Assembly: GCA_950097015.1 (NCBI GenBank)
Contig: CATNEN010000005.1
Location: 2,170,001-2,234,000 of the forward strand
Origin: Macrostomum hystrix
Taxonomy: Eukaryota > Animalia > Platyhelminthes
Length of the DNA: 64,000 nucleotides
Reading direction: 5' to 3'
Under the pieces are notes generated by a model. That model ran no database searches and was not told the DNA's origin. It saw nothing but the letters and a program-made list of their open reading frames with translations. Positions 59,901 to 64,000 of this stretch are shown one piece after another (the stretch's first letter is position 1; the number at the start of each line of letters is the position of its first letter). The translations under genes were made by a program, and so were the position numbers.

Positions 59901-62900
59901 GGTTGGATCATTTGAGGATCTGGGATGGTTGGAGCGTTTGAGGATCTGGGATGGTTGGATCATTTGAGGATCTGGGATGGTTGGAGCGTTTGAGGCTCTG
60001 GGACGGTTGGAGCGTTTGAGGCTCTGGGACGGTTGGAGCGTTTGAGGATCTGGGACGGTTGGAGCATTTGAGGCTCTGGGACGGTTGGAGCGTTTGAGGA
60101 TCTGAGATGGTTGGATCATATGAGGATCTGGGATGGTTGGAGCGTTTGAGGCTCTGGGACGGTTGGAGCGTTTGGGGATCTGGGATGGTGGGAGCGTTTG
60201 AGGATCTGGGATGGTGGGAGCGTTTGAGGATCTGGGATGGTGGGAGCGTTTGAGGATCTGGGATGGTTGGAGCGTTTGAGGATCTGGGATGGTTGGAGCG
60301 TTTGAGGATCTGGGATGGTTGGATCATTTGAGGATCTGGGATGGTTGGAGCGTTTGAGGATCTGAGATGGTTGGATCATTTGAGGATCTGGGATGGTTGG
60401 ATCATTTGAGGATCTGGGATGGTTGGATCATTTGAGGATCTGGGATGGTTGGAGCGTTTGAGGCTCTGGGACGGTTGGAGCGTTTGAGGATCTGGGACGG
60501 TTGGAGCGTTTGAGGATCTGGGATGGTTGGATCATTTGAGGATCTGGGATGGTTGGAGCGTTTGAGGATCTGGGATGGTTGGATCATTTGAGGATCTGGG
60601 ATGGTTGGAGCGTTTGAGGATCTGCGATGGTGGGAGCATCTGAGGATCTGGGATGGTTGGAACGTTTGAGGATCTGGGATGGTTGGAGCGTTTGAGGATC
60701 TGCGATGGTGGGAGCATCTGAGGATCTAGGATAGTTGGAGCGTTTGAGGATCTGCGATGGTGGGAGCATCTGAGGATCTAGGATAGTTGGAGCGTTTGAG
60801 GATCTGGGATGGTTGGAGCGTTTGAGGATCTGGAATGGCTGTAGCATCTGAGGATCTAGGATAGTTGGAGCGTTTGAGGATCTGGGATGGTTGGAGCGTT
60901 TGAGGATCTGGAATGGCTGTAGCATCTGAGGATCTAGGATAGTTGGAGCGTTTGAGGATCTGCGATGGTGGGAGCATCTGAGGATCTGGGATGGTTGGAA
61001 CGTTTGAGGATCTGGGATGGTTGGAGCGTTTGAGGATCTGCGATGGTGGGAGCATCTGAGGATCTAGGATAGTTGGAGCGTTTGAGGATCTGCGATGGTG
61101 GGAGCATCTGAGGATCTAGGATAGTTGGAGCGTTTGAGGATCTGGGATGGTTGGAGCGTTTGAGGATCTGGAATGGCTGTAGCATCTGAGGATCTAGGAT
61201 AGTTGGAGCGTTTGAGGATCTGGGATGGTTGGAGCGTTTGAGGATCTGGAATGGCTGTAGCATCTGAGGATCTAGGATAGTTGGAGCGTTTGAGGATCTG
61301 CGATGGTGGGAGCATCTGAGGATCTGGGATGGTTGGAACGTTTGAGGATCTCGGATGGTTGGAGCATTTGAGGATCTCGGATGGTGAATGCATTGATTTG
61401 AGGATCTGTGATAATCTATGCACCAACTTGAGGATCTGGGATGGCCAATAGATCGACTTGAGGATTTGGGTTTGAGGAATTGATTATTTGTTTCGAACTA
61501 GAATAGGACTTACACAAGCGATTCCGGGCTGTCAACCCTACAGATGAGTCGAGATGCAAGACGGTGCACTGATCTGGGTCCAATACTGATTGTCAGACTA
61601 TCGTTGGCAGCCTGACAAAGCGATGTGTCCACGTACACAATGGCCATTTCAATCTTGGAAACGGTAATGGCAAAATAATTGTCATTGGTTAGATTGACAA
61701 AATTTTCTAGATCCATCGTCATGATTTCTCCGTGACGACTGAAAAATACTGTGTACGGCTGGACCACAGGCTTCGTTGAAGTCAGAACTATAGAGCGAGG
61801 CAGCAGGAAGAATAGGGAGCAGAAGGTGCCAATGAGCAGTAGGACAAAGATGCATACTGTCACTCCAATCCAAAGAAGGGTACGGCGTGGCTTCAGCCGT
61901 TTGTCGGAGAGTGGGATTAAGGCAATGTACTCAAGCTCTGAATCTGGCAAAGGAAATTTGTTGGACAAATTTCAAATTGAGCAATATGGATGTATTAGCT
62001 CTCACTCTGTCATTAAGTTTAAATCTGTCATATAAAATAGACAAACAATACATTCAAATTAAATAATCGATGCCATAATTACTGTTAGGCACAGGGTCAG
62101 TGTAAGAGTAATTCTTATTTTGCCTCCTAAGTTTAACTACATGGTAAGGCCACATAAATTTCGGGTGTAGCTGTGGCTACAGTTTCCTAGTTCAAGCTTT
62201 TTGGGGGTTTAAATAATGCCCTTAGCACCCTTAAACCAACCCTCAATACATAGTGTGAAGATACACTGTTTGGTTAGGAGAATCAGAGTAGATATACACA
62301 CCTATTTGGAAAAGTTTAAAGATAACAAAGAAAGATAACCTGCCTGCCTTAGTTACAAGTTACGAGTATATATTTAATAAATATAGGAATTTTTGTATTT
62401 TTTAGCTCCTAAATTAGAAACTAATGTGGCTAGGAATTTACTATTGCACTACTTACTAAATACTGAACTGCTTGTTTTTGAGGCATATTTTCCTTGAATA
62501 ATTCCTAAGCCTTAGTAGCACATAAACTACCTGATATACCATCAGCTAAATAGTAATGTCAACATAGCTCACTGAAGGCCAAATCACACCTAAAAAACAA
62601 AAATACATTTTAGTAGCTAACTTAGTAATAAAAAGTCAAGATAAATTAATTTTACTTTTATTAATTTACAGCTGTTTATTTGACATTCTAAATATTTTAT
62701 AATTTAATATATGATAGCTGAGCTATCTATAGACACAATCACAAGAAAGCATTATACAAGAACTAGCTAACAATTGTGCAAACTAAAACATAAAATAATT
62801 TTCCTACTATAGATACACACTCACCTCGAGGTACTTTTCCTGTGCCATTGCAGGTTGGGCAGTTTACACCAGTAACGAGCTCTTCATATTGCGGAATATG

Positions 62901-62939
62901 ACGATTGATTGAGTCGCTCTCAGAGCTAGAAGCTTGCAT
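56943..62939 (-). CDS. TMEM106: TMEM106-family type II membrane protein, 245 aa, 3 coding exons
   Basis: Exons 62939-62825, 61943-61514, 57135-56943; GT-AG, phases 1 and 2. Motifs CPTCNGTGKVPR, IALIPLSDKRLKPRRT, TM helix, FFLLPRSI, NDNYFAITV, FC...YMLDHREE...QIVNC. Confidence 0.93.
57141..61475. repeat. Satellite, 26-bp unit GATGGTTGGAGCGTTTGAGGATCTGG, about 165 copies, filling TMEM106 intron 2
   Basis: Visible; block duplications in multiples of 26 bp (CATATG marker at 57934, 58479, 58921, 59571, 60117); units more diverged toward 61475. Confidence 0.99.
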
Positions 62940-63514
62940 ATTGATTCGAAAAGCTAGCTGGATCTAGCTGATAGCTGGGTTACCTATTAACGGCTTTATT
63001 TAAAGAATATCCACACTACAGCGCTACAGCGCTAATATAGATAAAGATGAAATTAACTTATAGTTTGACAAGTAAGTGCCACGCCAGGAAAATATATTTA
63101 CTGTACGACTTTATAAGCAAATTTCAGTGATATTTTTTCAGCACGATGAAAATATGTAGCGGTGTTTCAAGTAATCGTCTAGTAAGTTAATATGTCGGAG
63201 AGCAATGGACGTGTGGGACTAACATTTAACAAAAAATATACGGGCCATTTCTATGAAAAATGCAAAATTAAATACTAGCTATTTATTAAACGCTTTAACA
63301 AAGCAGCATTAGGTAAAAACTAAAGGAACCTTAAAAACCCTATTTAACGTGCAAAACTTTCCTAGACTATTTTTTCCAATCCCATGCCTAACAGATTAGC
63401 TGGTATAGATAACTGAAAATAAATAACTAATAACCAGATGCAGTTATGACGCATGTTAGTTGCAGTGCGGCTGTACAGCTGCTTTTGACTCAATTGACTC
63501 AATGCCACGATGCA

Positions 63515-63712
63515 TGACTGACGTCGCCATTGGGAATTAAGTGGGGGTAAGTCACTCTCAAACTTTAGCAAATGACCACTAGGAGTAAAGTCTACTACTA
63601 GTGGTCCTTGTTTAGCGGGGACAGCATGCACTTTCGCGAAATTTGTACGCGCGCTTAATCAATGCACAATATATGCACAAACACAATATAAAGCACAATA
63701 TATGCGCATGCG
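63515..63712. promoter_or_regulatory. Candidate housekeeping-type promoter region upstream of TMEM106
   Basis: TGACGTC (CRE-like) near 63518, palindromic TTTCGCGAAA (E2F-like) at 63632-63641 and TGCGCATGCG (NRF1-like) at 63703-63712 in a CpG-enriched patch; motif match only. Confidence 0.35.
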
Positions 63713-64000
63713 TTTTTTAATTGAAATGCTTGCATCGAGCGCCTGGGTATCAAGCTTTAAGCACTGCCAAAATTATTCTCCACTTTTTTAACGCAGTTGA
63801 GCGGTGCATCTGTACTGCTTATATTAAATGCTGAAATTTTCGCCTTAAATTGAAGTCAAAGGGTCATAGTCTGTATTGTTTAAACCTCAAAAATTCCGTT
63901 TTCGTTCCGTTCCCACACAGATATACCTTGCTTTTATTATGCTTATTATTTTTTACTAACCGACTTAATTTTTATAAACAAGCATTTTTATTTGTCAAAT

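Noticed and set aside
57109-61426. Many QPSQILKRSNHPRSSNAPT ORFs
   Set aside because: 26-bp satellite inside TMEM106 intron 2.

Overview
Eukaryotic (metazoan invertebrate) genomic DNA with GT-AG introns, AT-rich non-coding sequence and very high minisatellite content: about 20 unrelated tandem arrays with 12-52 bp units cover roughly 24 kb (about 37%, hand count). Genes reconstructed by hand from splice signals and frame continuity: coatomer beta/COPB1 (-, 6 coding exons, about 983 aa); a divergent CDK-family kinase (-, at least 7 exons) whose largest intron holds a 4.2-kb RTE-like non-LTR retrotransposon inserted into a 36-bp minisatellite; two paralogous secreted fibrinogen-domain genes (-) 21 kb apart; AMN1 (-, 258 aa); an intronless integrin alpha (+, 1171 aa); a 71-aa prepro-peptide predicted to release an amidated Arg/Phe-rich 14-mer (candidate antimicrobial peptide); and TMEM106 (-, 245 aa). 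tRNA-derived SINE pieces and other TE relics are scattered. Most long repeat-encoded ORFs in the six-frame track are artefacts. Best leads: the candidate antimicrobial peptide; the retroelement whose 5' end carries a splice acceptor in frame with the host kinase exon; the kinase lacking the T-loop Thr; and intronic satellites that appear to be amplified from splice-site-adjacent sequence. No database searches were run; family assignments rest on recognised motifs, and the species cannot be determined from this window.
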